From Chiloscyllium plagiosum (Eukaryota): a stretch of DNA of 64,000 nt. Shown in pieces: positions 40,363-53,552 of this stretch (the first letter of the stretch is position 1; each line of letters begins with the position of its first letter). A model generated the notes under the pieces. That model had not been told where the DNA came from. It was given only the letters and a program-made list of their open reading frames with translations, and made no database searches. A program made the position numbers and the translations under genes. The stretch covers positions 74,524,933-74,588,932 of the forward strand of contig NC_057711.1 in the NCBI RefSeq assembly GCF_004010195.1, given 5' to 3'.

Positions 40363-40512
40363 CAGAGGAACCTCGATTATCCGAGGTTCGACGGGCAGGA
40401 ATTATTTTGTTTGAATAATTGAATGCCAGATAACCAAGCATTGGGGCCTTCCAATCTTGTCCGGATAATCGAAATTTGGATAATCAAATGTTGGATAATC
40501 GAGGTTTCTCTG
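40363..40512. mobile_element. Tc1/mariner (Tigger/pogo-like) MITE, 150 bp
   Basis: TIRs cagaggaacctcgattatcc and ggataatcgaggtttctctg, TA on both flanks, internal 'ggataatc' subrepeats. Confidence 0.88.
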
Positions 40513-40994
40513 TATTTGAAGAGATTAATGTGTAGGATTATTAGATGAAGGCAAAAAAATGGCACTAGCTGTTCTTTCATCCAGAGAGTCAATGCAACAA
40601 TTCTATGATTTTGTACATTCCACACCCAGTGCATCTTCTCAGTATGACATTTGAAAGGGACAACTCAAATTTTGTTTCTTGCCATAATAGTTTCTCGGTT
40701 TGTTTACGATACCCTGCTTTTTAGCGTCAATGATCATTCAGTGACAATATATGTAGAGATAATAAAATATGCACAAATTCATAAAACTTCCAACCCCATC
40801 TCCAGCTCTATTAAAACAAAATATTTCTCTGATTCTTGCCTCTTTTGAATCCTTTGAACCCATTAGATTTGTAAAGCTAGAGTCACTTTGTTCTCATTTT
40901 ATGTTGCAATTTTCATCAATATTTATCATTAAGAGTCTTTTTTATGAGATAAATTTAAGCATATATATAAAAAGCTAAAGTTGCTATAATCTCA

Positions 40995-41172
40995 GAGGAA
41001 CTGTTCGCTCATTAGAGACAACTGGTGGTGGTTTAACCTGAGTGTCACCATACCCCAGGCAAGGGGAGAAGTTGAGAAGAGAGCCCTTAATCATATCCTT
41101 AGTTAGTACAGGACTTAAATTGCTAGCATCACCCATACATTGCAAATCAGTCATTCAGCCAACTGAGCTAAC
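40995..41172 (-). mobile_element. tRNA-derived SINE (non-HE1)
   Basis: Minus strand starts 'gttagctcagttggctg' (A box). Confidence 0.6.
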
Positions 41173-44100
41173 ACACTCCGTAAATAGATTTATTAAGCAT
41201 TTAATGAATTAAAATGAATTAACTAAAAACCTGCATATACAGTAAAATCAAAGTAGGCTTTTAAAACAAGTATTCAAAATAATCTGGACTCCCACTTTAA
41301 CACTGAAAAATACCATTTTAGTTTCTTCCAGGAGACAAAACCTTATTTACCATCTTAGCGACTGTCTTCAATCAGACTGAGATGGTCAATTTCTCAGTGA
41401 TTTCATACTGATTATATTTTTTTTACATTTAATAGTGTTGTAGTGGTCATATTACTTCAATGACAGCTCAGTGTGTGTACAAATAAAGTATTAAAGAGGC
41501 AGCTTCACTTCTCTGTAAATAATTGAAACTCGAGTATTCTCATCGGACCATTACAGGTTAATACTTATTCCACAATGGAAATCTCAAAAAATGGCCAGCT
41601 TAGTTATAGCATGAGTCTAGTAAATAATTAGCTTCCTATGTTCTTCCTTGTGGCCTCTGCATGCACATCTTATATGATACTGATATTTGCATGTGTCTGT
41701 CAAGCTATAAGTTGCATGATTAATGCCTGTAAATAACCCCCTCTGACACACACTAAACATCATCTTGGGAAGGGCATGAGGGCAGGAGTTACAAGACAGC
41801 ACCAGATGTAGGCAGAATAAATAGATCATGACATTAGTCAACATGTAAAACTATCAACCGATTTCTCGTCAGAGTGATCACCTTTGACCTCATTGCTCTA
41901 GGTATCTCACTCTCTCTTGCTGTCTCAGAAATGGACAGCTGAACATGCATTCAGCAGCACAAGCAACATTTAAAGGGATAATCAGCAACAGAATTAAGTT
42001 TCCTAAGCACATTTTGTACTTGATAATAGCAGCTCTTAACAAAACCAGGGGCTGGTGTGTAACTGTTCCTTCTGGGTATGTTTTCAATGAGAGAATATGT
42101 AAAATGAATTAATTAAAGACCTGCATACACAGTAAAATCTACTTAGTTTTTTAAAACAGGTATCTTATATGATACTGACAGCATATTCCCAGCCACCCGA
42201 TGAGCTCACCCCAATAATACAAAGGTTGGGCGAACAATGAAAGTAGCAGCCCACTCACAATAGGTAAATAAATAATTAGGTGTCAATTCTTGTCAAAAGC
42301 TTGATTGATTCCAGTATTACTCTGTCTACACCAAAATACCATTGGCTTGGGAAGTGGGCAGCCTGTGTTTTGCACAAGTTTTTCACATGTTCACAAATGT
42401 ATGGAAAGAAGTGGGTACTATCATCAAATAGTGCTCTACCTGTGTTAGGGACACCCTTCCCAGAAGATGGTGCTCCCCATTTCCTTCCTCCTAGTCTCAA
42501 CTTTAAAAATTCCCCTGCACCATACCTCACATCCTTACCAAAGGTGGTCAAACTCTCCCTGCCCCATGCCCCAACCCCCAGCCCCCAACCTGGCTCAGTC
42601 TGAGGATACATTGGGAGCGCTTCTGGTACTGCTAACCTCACCACAACACAATACCTGCTCTTGGACCAATTCATGGACCACTTCAGATGTATAATGCTTT
42701 AATTTGGAATTCAGGGACAGCAATGACTTGCTGCTTCTGTGAAGTTGCTTTCAGTGCAGGACCCTCGTACATCTCATGCATTGAAATCTATCTCATGGCT
42801 CATAGCTTGTTCTCTTAGCACTCACTGGATTTGTGCCAGTTTCTATACACTTCACATTGAGTATGTTAGTGAGTGTGCAAGAAGGCTGCCAATCTCTTTG
42901 TGGCTTACATTGCTTTCTTAGTGCACAGGGTCTTCAGAGTTCAGTTATAGTTTGCCAGACTCTGTGGTTTGCATAGCCTTTTGGTGCAGAGAAAGAGTAG
43001 GCAGCTTGTCATGCTGGGGAGCACTGAACAAACTCGCTGTCAATGCTTTGGACACCTTGATCAATTTAAGTAATAAAACACTTTCTCCAAGTGTTCTTGC
43101 TGTTGAGGTTGTTAAAGGGACACAGAAATCGGTTTGTAGTTCAACTGGATCTCTTAACTAAATACTTCTTATTAAACATATCAGGTGAGTATTTCCTAAA
43201 TTCCCATGCTATTTACTCTCTGACTCTATCCATAAACGTTATTACCTACTACAAATCACATATTTGAGCTGGGCTGTTGGAATTTCCTTTCTCTTCAATG
43301 TAGGGCTGGCTCTCTTCCACAAAGATGGGTCTCGCAGGTCAAGGTGGATTCTCTCTCTCTCTCTCTCCAGGTGGTCAGAGATCCACTGCTGGGCCAGCTT
43401 GAGTCTTCATTGTGTGTTTTCCTTGCAAGGATGACATCCACATGTGTGTCCTTATCATCCTTCGCTATGGTCCTTCCAGAATGTTCAGTCGCCTTTAGCC
43501 CATTGGATTGTAAGCTCTCACACCAAACCTTACAGAATATTCTGCAGCCTTTGACCAATGAGCTGCATTGAAAGCATCCAATGGGGTTGTGCTAAACCTT
43601 CACGTTGCAATGCTGGGTGAGTTGGCTGGAAATCAAGGTGTCAGAAAGCCTGATTGAACTTCTCGAATGCATAACCCTCAGGCTGGTTTTAATTGGTGCC
43701 TCCGAAATTTTATAACCTCTTTCGCCATGGTTTCTACATTTGTGTGGGGCCAATATCTGCTGGCTGCTGTCGACTTTAGTTTGACTAATTTTCGGACAAG
43801 TCCCATTTGTCCAGTTGTGGATCAATTTAGAATGTCCGATTTTGAGCCTGTGGTCAACTGACCAATGACAAGAGGATGGACATCTTGCTGACTGATTGCA
43901 GACTATCAGGGAGTACTACCACAGTCAGTCAAGGAGCTCATCTGATGAATCTTCAGGGTATTGCCATGGTCAGTCAGGAACTGGATCCTATTAGAGTCCA
44001 GGGGCCCAGGTCTCTGTAGTCTAGGGATTGAGCCATGCACAGTCCGGTACGTAAAATACAATCAGTTTCTGGTTTGCAGGGAGGTCAGTTGGGTACTATA

Positions 44101-44329
44101 GAGACATCAATCTGTGGGTTGAGCTGTGTGTGGGCTGTCCAGTCAGGGCAGTCCTGGAAATGGTCATGATTTGCCGTGGTGGCTTAATCAATAATATTTA
44201 GGAGACTTGGCAATCATGGAGTGCCAGTAAAGCAGGCAGCTCAAGTCTAAGACTTGTTTTCATTGTACTGGATCACTAAGAGACTGATGGCAGAGACAGG
44301 GATAATAGGTTAGGAATGCATAGTGAATA

Positions 44330-45320
44330 GGAAGGAAACAGGGAATTCCAGAATTTTGGTGGAGGTAAGATTCACACAGGCCACAGTAAGCCTGGCTGCT
44401 ACATGGAGAGGTTGTTGATCTAACAAGAGATGGGAATTTCCTAAGCCATGGGGTCCAGGGGTAAAGATTGGGTGGCAATCCCATCTCACTGGCTGTCAAA
44501 TTCACAGCTGTCCTGAATTTTCACAGTAGCACCTCATTTCAAGGAGCAAATGGCCTCCTGTTTGGCATTTTTTCAACAATTTACCAATAGATGCATTCAG
44601 GATGTAACTGATGCAGTTTGTCCAAACACAGCCCTCCCTCATGTTGAGGAGTGTCAAGAGGCATGGGCAGAGGGAATTGTCCCCCATTGCTGGCTTCCCA
44701 GAGGCAGTGTGTTATCTATTGACTGCATCCACCATGCTTTGAGAGTACCCTATCATCAACCTGTAAAGTTCATCAATAGAAAACACATTGCTCCATCAAT
44801 GTTCAAACTATACATGACCATCAAAGCCAACTTTTGGAGGTACGTTCCCAGCTATCCTGGGAGCTACTAAAATTCTTACATAATAGAGAATTCAAAGGGT
44901 TTTGCCTCCATCTAAGATCTTTAGACTACACTGAGAAATCCTAACTCCCTCTAAAAAATGGTTCATAAAATCCTCAGACAAATGCAGAGTGACAATGCAA
45001 CATCATTGATGCTTCTACTAAGACTATTGTGGAACAAACTACAAACCTCCTTAAGATGATGGCTGGAGTTCTCCAGTGGAGCCTTGCAGTATACCCCAAA
45101 AATAGAGTGCTGTATCATCAGGATATGTTGAGACCTTCTTGAGCTGACAAAGGGAGGGATGTTCTGGATGCAGATGTAATGAGGATTAAATAGTTATCTT
45201 CTGATGATGAAGATGAGGATTAGGACAATGGCCATTGATGAGAGAATGACAGAACAACGCATGATTGAATTTGATTGGTCAGAGATGACCGAATTGGCAC
45301 TCATTTGAAGGATGAATAGC
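44330..45320 (+). pseudogene. Second decayed PIF/Harbinger transposase (element probably spans about 42175-45650)
   Basis: GGNPISLAVKFTAVLNFHSSTSFQG, RCIQDVTDA, IDCIHHALRVP..KFINRK, YPGSY, GALQYTP and an acidic tail DDEDED. Confidence 0.88.
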
Positions 45321-45699
45321 TAGTTTTAGACTTTGCTTAATTATTCAACATTTTCTTGGTAATATGGCAAGTAATGCCTTCTTAGGCATGTGGACATTAT
45401 GATTTTGCAATTATTGAATGTTCCTGTTGCTGAGTAAATGTTTGATTATCCATCTGACTGTGTTTTTGACATCTTCCGATGACCCCATTTTCATGTGTCT
45501 ACATAGTCCAGGTCCTTCTGTCTGTTACGGAAAGGACATCATGTAGCGACGCAGTGCACTAATATCACATGGGATTCAGGTTAGGTAGACCATAAGGCTT
45601 ATAGATGATAAGGCTTTCTTCAAGTTATCATAATGGAGTATTCTGCAGTGAAGTAGACAGCTGACTGGTTGAGAAAATTCTGAGATATCTTCTTCTGAA

Positions 45700-48600
45700 C
45701 CTCCCATCATTGCTAACTCTTCAATGTTTCAGAGTATGCAAGGATTGATATTTGACCTGAAATGGTTGAGTAACAAGAGTGCAGGAAGTGCATTCGGCTG
45801 TAGGTCTTGATTTGCTGCTTGGAATGATTGAAGCTGCGGATGGACTCACTATGGAGCATCCATGAGATTGAGAATACTATGAATAACACATTCAGTGGGT
45901 TGGTCACACCACAAGCAAAGGGTACATAGATAGAAAGGCATTGAGTGACCACAAGGAAGACAAGTAAGTCTGGTTAGGCAGTGCCCTGTCCCCTCTCAAT
46001 TAGATATAGCAATTTGGATACTGTTGTAGCACAGGGGGATGGGAGCAAGTGGATTTAGGGGGTGACCTCTCAAGGGAAAATGACAGTAGCAGTCCAATCA
46101 GTGGCACCACAACTGAGATGTTGTACGCCAGAAAGGTGTAATGTGTGGGTGAGCAACACTGATAGGGGACTCTATAGTCAGGGGCAAGGCTAGGCACTTA
46201 TGTGGCCACAAGTGAGACACCAGGATGATGTGTTGCCTCCCTAACACCAAGGTCAAGGATGTCTCTGAGCTGACACAGATATTCTGAAGGGGGAGAGTGA
46301 GAAGCCAAAGGTTCATATTGGTACTAATGACATAAACACAAAGAGAGTTGAGGTCCTGTGAAGGGGATTTAGGGAGCTAGATAAGAAGTTGAAAAATAGG
46401 ACATCTAGGGTTATAATCGCAGAACTACTCCCTGTGCTATGTGCTAGTGTGGCTAGAAATAGGGAAGTAATACAGCTGAATACAGGGCTAAAGAGCTGGA
46501 GAAGGAAGGAGATATGTGGATCATTGGGATCTCTTTCAGGGCAGGAGGGACCTGTACAAGAAGGATGGGTTGCACCTAAACTGGAGGGGCACCAATATAT
46601 TCGCAGAGAGGGTTGAAACCAGTGTGGCAGGGAACTGGGAAATAGACCAGTAAGTCAGCATGTGGAATGATTGAGGAGAAGATTGATAAAACACCAACAA
46701 AATGTTAAATAATTAAATCAAGTCAAGTAGATTCAATAGGAAAAACAGGCAGGACCAAGTTAATGAACATGGCAGGACTGATGGCTGAGGTGTATTTATT
46801 TTAATGCGATGAGTATAACAGATAAGGCAGAAGAGCTTAGAACCTGAATCAATACATGGGACAATGATATTGTAGCCATTACAGAAATCGGTTGAGAGAA
46901 GGGCAGGACTGGGAACTTGATGTTCCAATGTTTAGATGATCCAGGTGAGGTACAGTGGGATGTAAAAAATGGTAAGGAAATTGCTTTAATGATTAAGGAG
47001 AATGTCCCAGTTGTACTAAGAGAGAACATCGTGGAGGAGTCATCCAGTGAGGCCACATGAGTCGAACTTAGGAATACGAAAGGTACCGTCACCATGATGC
47101 GGTTATGCTATCAGCCTCCTAATGGCCAGTGTGACATACAGGAACAGATATAGGCAGATCAAGAAAAGATGTAAAAATAATGTGGTTATTGTTATACATG
47201 ATTTTATCTTCCCCAATATTAAGTGGGACTCCTTTCGTGACAGGGGCTTAGATGGGACAGAATTTATTAGGTACATCCCAGAATGTTTCTTGAAACAACA
47301 TGTAAACTGTCCACCTAAAGACAGGACCATACTATACCTTGTACTGGGGAATGAACTAGGCCAGGTGATCGAAGTTTCAATGAGGGAGCAGTTTGGGGAC
47401 TGTGATCATAACTTCACAAGTTGTAAGATAGTTATTGATAAAGATAAGACTTGTCCTCTGGTGAAAGTGAATGAAGACTAATTACAATGGTATTAGGCAG
47501 GAACTGGAGAAATGAAATAGGGGTGACTGAGTATAAATCCATATCTGACATGTTGGAGCTTTTTAAAAGCCTGTTGACCAGATTTCAGGACCTGAACATT
47601 CATGTGAGGATGACAGATAAGGATGGCAAGATTTGTGAATCTTGAATACCAAGATATATTGAAAGGTTAATCAAAAAGGAAAAGGAAGCATATGTAAGAT
47701 TTTGGAAATTGAAATGAAACAAGGCCTTTGAAAAATGTAAAGAAGGCAGAAAATAATTTAAACAAGAAATTAAGGGGGCAAAAAGGGGTGATGAAATGTC
47801 CTTGGCAAGTAGGATGAAGGAGAATCTGAAGGCATTTTATATGTATATTAGGACCAAGAGAGTAGTTAGGGAAAGGGTCGGTTTACTCAAGGGCAAAGGA
47901 GGGAATTTATGTGTGGAGCCCAAGAAAATGGATGAGGCCATTAAAGAGTACTCCACATAGTATTCATCAAGGAGAAGGACATGCATGATGGCAAGTTTAC
48001 AGTGTGTACTTGATATTCTAGGCCATGTTTATATTAAAATGGGTGAGATGTTGGATGTTTTGAAAAACATTGAGGTAGATAAGTTCGTACAGCTGATGGA
48101 TTCTATCCTAGGATACTGAGGGAGGTAAGGGAGAAGATTGCTGGCACCTCAACTGAGATCTTTGTATCCTTTTTAGCCACAGGCAAGGTCCAAATAGACC
48201 AGAGAATAGCCAATGTTGTTCCTTTGTTCAAGAAGAGCAACGTGGATAATCCAGGAAATTATAGGCAAGTGAGCCTTACATCAGGGGGAGACATGATGTG
48301 GAGGTGCCGATGTTGGACTGGGGTGGACAAAGTGAAAACCACAGTTAAAAACACTAGGTTATAGTCTAACAGGTTTGTCAGTGGGAGGGAAATTATTGAG
48401 AAGATTCTTAGGGTTTACTTGCATTCGGAAAAATATAGACTTTTTAGGGAAAGTCATCAAGGCTTTATCTGGGGAAGACCTTTTCTAATAAACGTGATGG
48501 ACATTTTTTAGAAAGTGACAAAGTTGATTGATGAGGTAGGGAAGAGGATATAGTCTACATGGAATTTACTAAAACACTTGACAAGGTCACTCATGGTAGA

Positions 48601-50400
48601 AAAAAAGCAAACTATTGCGGATGCTGAAATCTGAAACCAAAAGAGAAAATGCTGGAAAATCTCAGCAGGTCTGGCAGCATCTGTAAGGAGAGAAAAGAGC
48701 TGATGTTTCGAATCTAACTGGCCCTTTGTCAAAGCTGGGATGAGTTGAAGGAGAAGTTGTTGAGAGAGAGAACAAGTTCAGCCAGGTGGAGGAGAGTGGT
48801 GGTGGATGGAGATTGTTGGGGCCTCTTTTCATGAAAGAAGCGAAGAGCTTTCAAGCCATCTTGGTGTGGGATGGAGGTGTAAAGAGATTGCACATCCATG
48901 GTGAAAAGGAGGTGGTTAGGGCCTGCGAATTGAAAGCTGTCAATGTGTCGCAGGGCATCAGAGGAATCCTCGATGTAGGTGGGGAGGGAGTGAACCAGAG
49001 GAGTAAGGATGGAGTCAAGGTAGGAGGAAATAAGTTCAGTGGGGCAGAGCATGCTGACACAATGGGCCTGGTTGGACAGTCCTTCTTGTGGATTTTGGGG
49101 AGTAGGTAGAAACACATTGTCCAGTGTTGGGAGACTATGAGGTTGGAAGCTGTGGGGGTGGGGGGTGGGCATCAGGAGGAAATTAGGTCAGTCACAGTGT
49201 TGGAGACAATGGCTTGATGCTCAGTGGTGTGGTCATGCTCCAGGGGAGGTAGGAGAAGGAATCTGAGAGTTGGTGCTCAGCCTCTTGCAAGGTAGAGGTC
49301 AGTATGCCAGACAACAACAGCACTCCTTTTGTCAGCAGGTTTGATGACAAGGTTGGACCTAAGGGAGCAAAGGGCAGAAAGTTCGGATGGAGAGAGGTTG
49401 GAATGGTTAAGAGGGGCAGAGAAATTAAGGCAGCCAATGTCTGTCAACAATTGTCAAAGAAAAGATCAAGGGCAGGAAGTTGTCCTGGCGGGGGTGTCCA
49501 ATTAGAGGTGGAATATTGGAGGGATGTGAAAAGATCTGTGGAGCAAGAGGAGGACTCTTGACCAAAGAAGTGAGCACGAAAGTGACGGAAGAAGAGCTCA
49601 ACATCATGTCGAGCCCAGAATTCATTGAGGTGGGGACGTAAGGGTACAAAGCTGAGTCCTTTGCTGAGAACAGCACATTCAGCCTTTCACATCCCTCCAC
49701 TGACCCTTTGTCAAACTGACCCTTCAACTCATCCCATTTTCTCCAAATCAAAGGTGTAGCAATGGGTACCCACATGGGTCCTAGCTATGCCTGCTTTCTC
49801 ATGGGCTATGTGGAACACTTCTTATTCCAGGCCTACCTGTGTTCCCTCCCACAACTGCTTGATCGGTACAGCTTTGACAAAGGGTCAGTTAGACTCGAAA
49901 TGTCAGCTCTTTTCTCTCTTTACAGGTGCTGCCAGACCTGCTGAGATTTTCCAGCATTTTCTCTTTTGGTCCCTCATGGTAGGTTGGTCCAGAAAATTAA
50001 GTTGCATGGAATCCATTGTAAGTTGCTAAGTTGACTACAAAATTGGCTTTGTCATTGAAGACAGAGGATAGTTGTGGAGGAGTGTTTCCCTGACTGGAGG
50101 TCAATGACCAGTGCTGTCCTGAAAGTATCAATGCTGGGACCTCTGTTGTTTGTAAAATAAATAAATGATGTGGATGAAAATGTAGGTAGTCCGATTAGTA
50201 AGGTTGCAAATGACATGAATATTTGTGGAGTTGAGGATAGTGAGGAAGGTTGTCTAAAGGTACAGCAGGACATAGATCAGTTGGAAAGTTGTGCGAAGAA
50301 ATGGCAGATGGAGTTGAACCTGGACAAGTGTTTGGTGATACATTTTGGGAGGTCAGATGCAAGAGGAAAGTACACAGCAAATGCAGGACCCTAAGGAGTC
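45700..50400 (+). mobile_element. Near full-length decayed CR1 LINE: ORF1 (Zn finger plus SGNH esterase) and ORF2 (APE-RT), with two PLE insertions
   Basis: ORF1: CRKCI, IGDSIVRG, MCCLP..VKDVSE, HIGTND. ORF2: DIVAITE, DFIFPNIKWD, ILYLVLGNE, GDCDHN, NVVPLFKK..DNPGNYRQVSLT, SKVAND, W.MELNLDKC.VIHFG. Confidence 0.93.
48600..49970. mobile_element. Rearranged Penelope-like element (family C) with inverted termini and a split, inverted RT
   Basis: Minus strand: FYLLPKIHKKDCPTRPIVSACS, LFTMDVQSLYTSIPHQDG..LSLNNFSFNSS. Plus strand: FNSSHFLQIKGVAMGTHMGPSYAC. Termini of about 130 bp are inverted, with a 15-bp TSD ggtc(a/c)ctcatggtag at 48585-48599 and 49968-49982. Confidence 0.9.
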
Positions 50401-50407
50401 TAAACTT

Positions 50408-50745
50408 AGGGGTGGCACAGTGATTAGCACTGCAGCCTTACAGCACAAGGGATCTGGGTTTGATCTACAGTCTTGAGTGACTGTGTAGAGTTTGCTCATT
50501 CTTCCCATGTCTGTGTGGGTTCCCGCCAGGTGCTCCAGTTTCCTTCCATAGTTCATTGATGTGCTATTTAGGTGGATTGGCCATGCTAAATTACCCTGTA
50601 GTGTCCAGGGATGTGTAGGCTGTGTGGATTAACCATAGGAGGGTGCAGGGTTTTACGGATAGGAAGGGGACTGGATCTGGGTGGGATACGTCTTGGAGGG
50701 TTAGTATGGACCGAAGGCCTCTTTCCACAATGTAGGGATTCTAGT
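50408..50745 (+). mobile_element. HE1-type SINE (older)
   Basis: Head 'ggtggcacagtgattagcactgc', central domain and tail. Confidence 0.88.
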
Positions 50746-51536
50746 CCTTATGTGGTCTCATGGGTTTATCTGAGTAGGGCACCATTACTGTTTAGGTTGC
50801 TCAATCACTGTGATTAATATTCCATATAATGCCTTTAATTGTAGTTTCTTCAGTTTATTTGCACCTGGAGTTTTAGATCATAAAGAAATGGCCTGGAAAT
50901 GCAATATACTGATTCTCTACCAGGCCGGCTTCAGGTGTGTATTATTACAACAATTAACCTCCATAACTCACTTTGAAAATATTGTGGAGCTATATTGATC
51001 AATCTTCCAATGAATGTATCCAGTCTAATTTCAGTTTGTGAAGCTAGTCTTTGCTCATTAGTTTGGTTTCTTACTATACCTTGCAACAACATGGGGCAAC
51101 ATGTGGGATTTGCCTTTATGTTGAACATTGTACTCTGTTTATCCACACTTTTCTAACACCTCACCAGGGCAGGTTTTCAACTGAACCCTGCTCTCAGTTG
51201 AGAGTTCACCATTGAATTTGCTTTCATACATTTCCTGACTCATAATGGAGTAATCTGTCACCATTCAGATGTGCACATTATTATACCTCCATTCAAATGT
51301 ACTGTCATTTATATGCTTTCTGGTGGCATAAACACTGTATAGCCTAATTTCCCCCTTACTTAAGCTCTCTGAATTTACTTCAAGATTGCAAACACCACGC
51401 TTGTAATGTCACTACTTTGCATTGCCACTGGAATAATTTTTCTTGTCTACTTTGGCCTTCTCTCAAAAGTAGTTGCAATATGGTCTAACGTTTGGCAATT
51501 CAAGCATTTAACTTTACTATATGGTCATGTTTGTGC

Positions 51537-51769
51537 CATGTGTCGAGTGTGTGATGTTGGAAAAGCACAGCAGGTTAGGCAGCATATAAAGAACATGAGA
51601 AACGACGTTTTGGGCATAAGCCCTTCATCAGGAATAAGCCCTGAGGAAGAACTTAAATGCCCAAAATGTCGATTCTCCTGCTCCCCGGATGCTGCCTGAC
51701 CTGCTGTGCTTTTCCAGCAACACATTCTCAACTCTGATCTCTGGCATCTGCAGTCCTCACTTTCTCCTC
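51537..51769. mobile_element. Foldback PLE-terminus element, family A, with perfect 11-bp TSD
   Basis: Inverted arms around 'cccttcatcaggaataagccctgaggaag'. catgtttgtgc at 51526-51536 and 51770-51780. Confidence 0.85.
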
Positions 51770-52510
51770 CATGTTTGTGCTAGATTATTGGTCATATAGG
51801 GATTAACAAGTCAAACAAACATCTAACAGCAGTATGTTTCTCAACAGGTCTCCCAAATTTAGGCTAAATTGACAGAAGCCTTCTGACAGTGGATAGAAGA
51901 AGTACCAGCCACTTGCATAGAACAATGTTCTTGAAGTATGTTCTGCCTTAAGCAATCTTATGTTATGGCTCAAAGGTAAGATTTTATGCTTAGTTACTTT
52001 GACAAGATCCTTGATTTGATTTGATTTATTGTCTTGTGTATTAATTATAAAGTACAAACACAGAGAAAAGTGTTGTTTAGTGTCGCCACTCTCTGGCGCC
52101 ATCCCACTCTCTGGCGCCATCTTTCATCAACCACCAAAGCCACAAATATGTTTTATAATGCATGGTTTAATAATGTGCCACAGTAGCAATACAATGGTGA
52201 ATTATTCAGTGTCAGAATGTGTTCATAGAGCTACAGAGTCGTAGAGATGTATAGCGCAGAGAAAGGCCCTTTGGCCCATCAACTGAATCACTATTTTTCT
52301 GTTTTCTGATTCCAAATTTGTAGCTCTCTGCTATTTTTACAGGTTTAGAATTAAAATATTCCTGGAATGGTACATCTTTTACCTTTTTTCAAATCATAAG
52401 ATTTGTGCCCAGGTCATATACTTCCACCTAAACCTCTTCACTTTCATTCTGAAGAATATATCCATTCTTACAAAAATATGTTTGTTGTGGTGCTTGGACT
52501 GTCTCGTATA

Positions 52511-52905
52511 CAGATTACATTACAGTGTGGAAACAGGCCCTTCGGCCCAACAAGTCCACACCGCCCCGCCAAAGCGCAACCCACCCATATTTTTTAAGAT
52601 TAGATTAGATTAGATTACTTACAGTGTGGAAACAGTCCCTTCGGCCCCAACAAGTCCACACCGCCCCGCCAAAGCGCAACCCACCCATACTCCTACATTT
52701 ACCCCTTACCTAACACTACGGGTAATTCACCTGACCTGCACATCTTTGGACTGTGGGAGGAAACCGGAGCACCCGGAGGAAACCGACGCAGACACGGGGA
52801 GAACGTGCAAACTCCACACAGTCAGTCGCCTGAGGCGGGAATTGAACCCGGGTCTCTGGCGCTGTGAGGCAGTAGTGCTAACCACTGTGCCACCGTGCCG
52901 CCCAC
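52511..52905 (-). mobile_element. HE1 SINE with duplicated 3' end
   Basis: Full copy at about 52597-52905 plus an extra 80-bp tail copy at 52511-52590. Confidence 0.93.
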
Positions 52906-53288
52906 AATTCCATCCTTTGCTTGAAGGCTGCCTTTATGTTAATAATGGGTTCTGTGTCATACTGATGTAGTACTCAGACAGAGTTAACTGTTCAAGTATA
53001 TAAACATATATTCAGAATATTCACAGCAATCTGACAAGAAGAGAGATGTAAATATTTTTACACTTTAATCCTATTTCATCACCAAAATCTTTTATATTTT
53101 GAGAGAAACTTGTACACTATGAGAACTAGGCACCAAGGGATCAATGAATAATGATGTCATACATTCCGAGCCTTCCAATGTATAACATAGGCATGGCTAT
53201 AACATCTTGCATCAGTGACCCAGTGAACACTTACTATGGCTGTCTATGGCACAAAAGTTGAGCCTTATCAGAACAAATGCACAAAAGC

Positions 53289-53552
53289 CAGTGTTGATGA
53301 ACAATTCTACCAGAGACTGTTCAACTCAGGTTAGCCCCATATCTTCAGGTCAAACTCAGTGTAGATGAACAATTCTGCTGGAGACTGATCAACTCAGATC
53401 AGCTCCATATCTTCAGGTCAAACTCAATGTAGATGAGCAATTCTGTTGGAGTCAATTCAACTCAGGTCAGCCCCGTATCTTCAGGTCAAACTCAATGTAG
53501 ATGAGCAATTCTGCTGGAGTCAATTCAACTCAGGTCAGCCCTGTATCTTCAG
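53289..53552. repeat. Minisatellite, 68-bp unit, about 3.9 copies
   Basis: Unit starts at 53289, 53357, 53425 and 53493 (ca[ag]tgt[at]gatga[ag]caattct..tatcttcaggtcaaact). Confidence 0.95.

Noticed and set aside
52086..52121. Tandem 18-mer resembling a CTCF site
   Set aside because: It is a weak match and lies in a Rex1-type LINE 3' UTR, so it is a simple local duplication.
53289..53552. CRISPR-like array
   Set aside because: Whole 68-bp units repeat with no unique spacers, there are no cas genes, and the context is eukaryotic.
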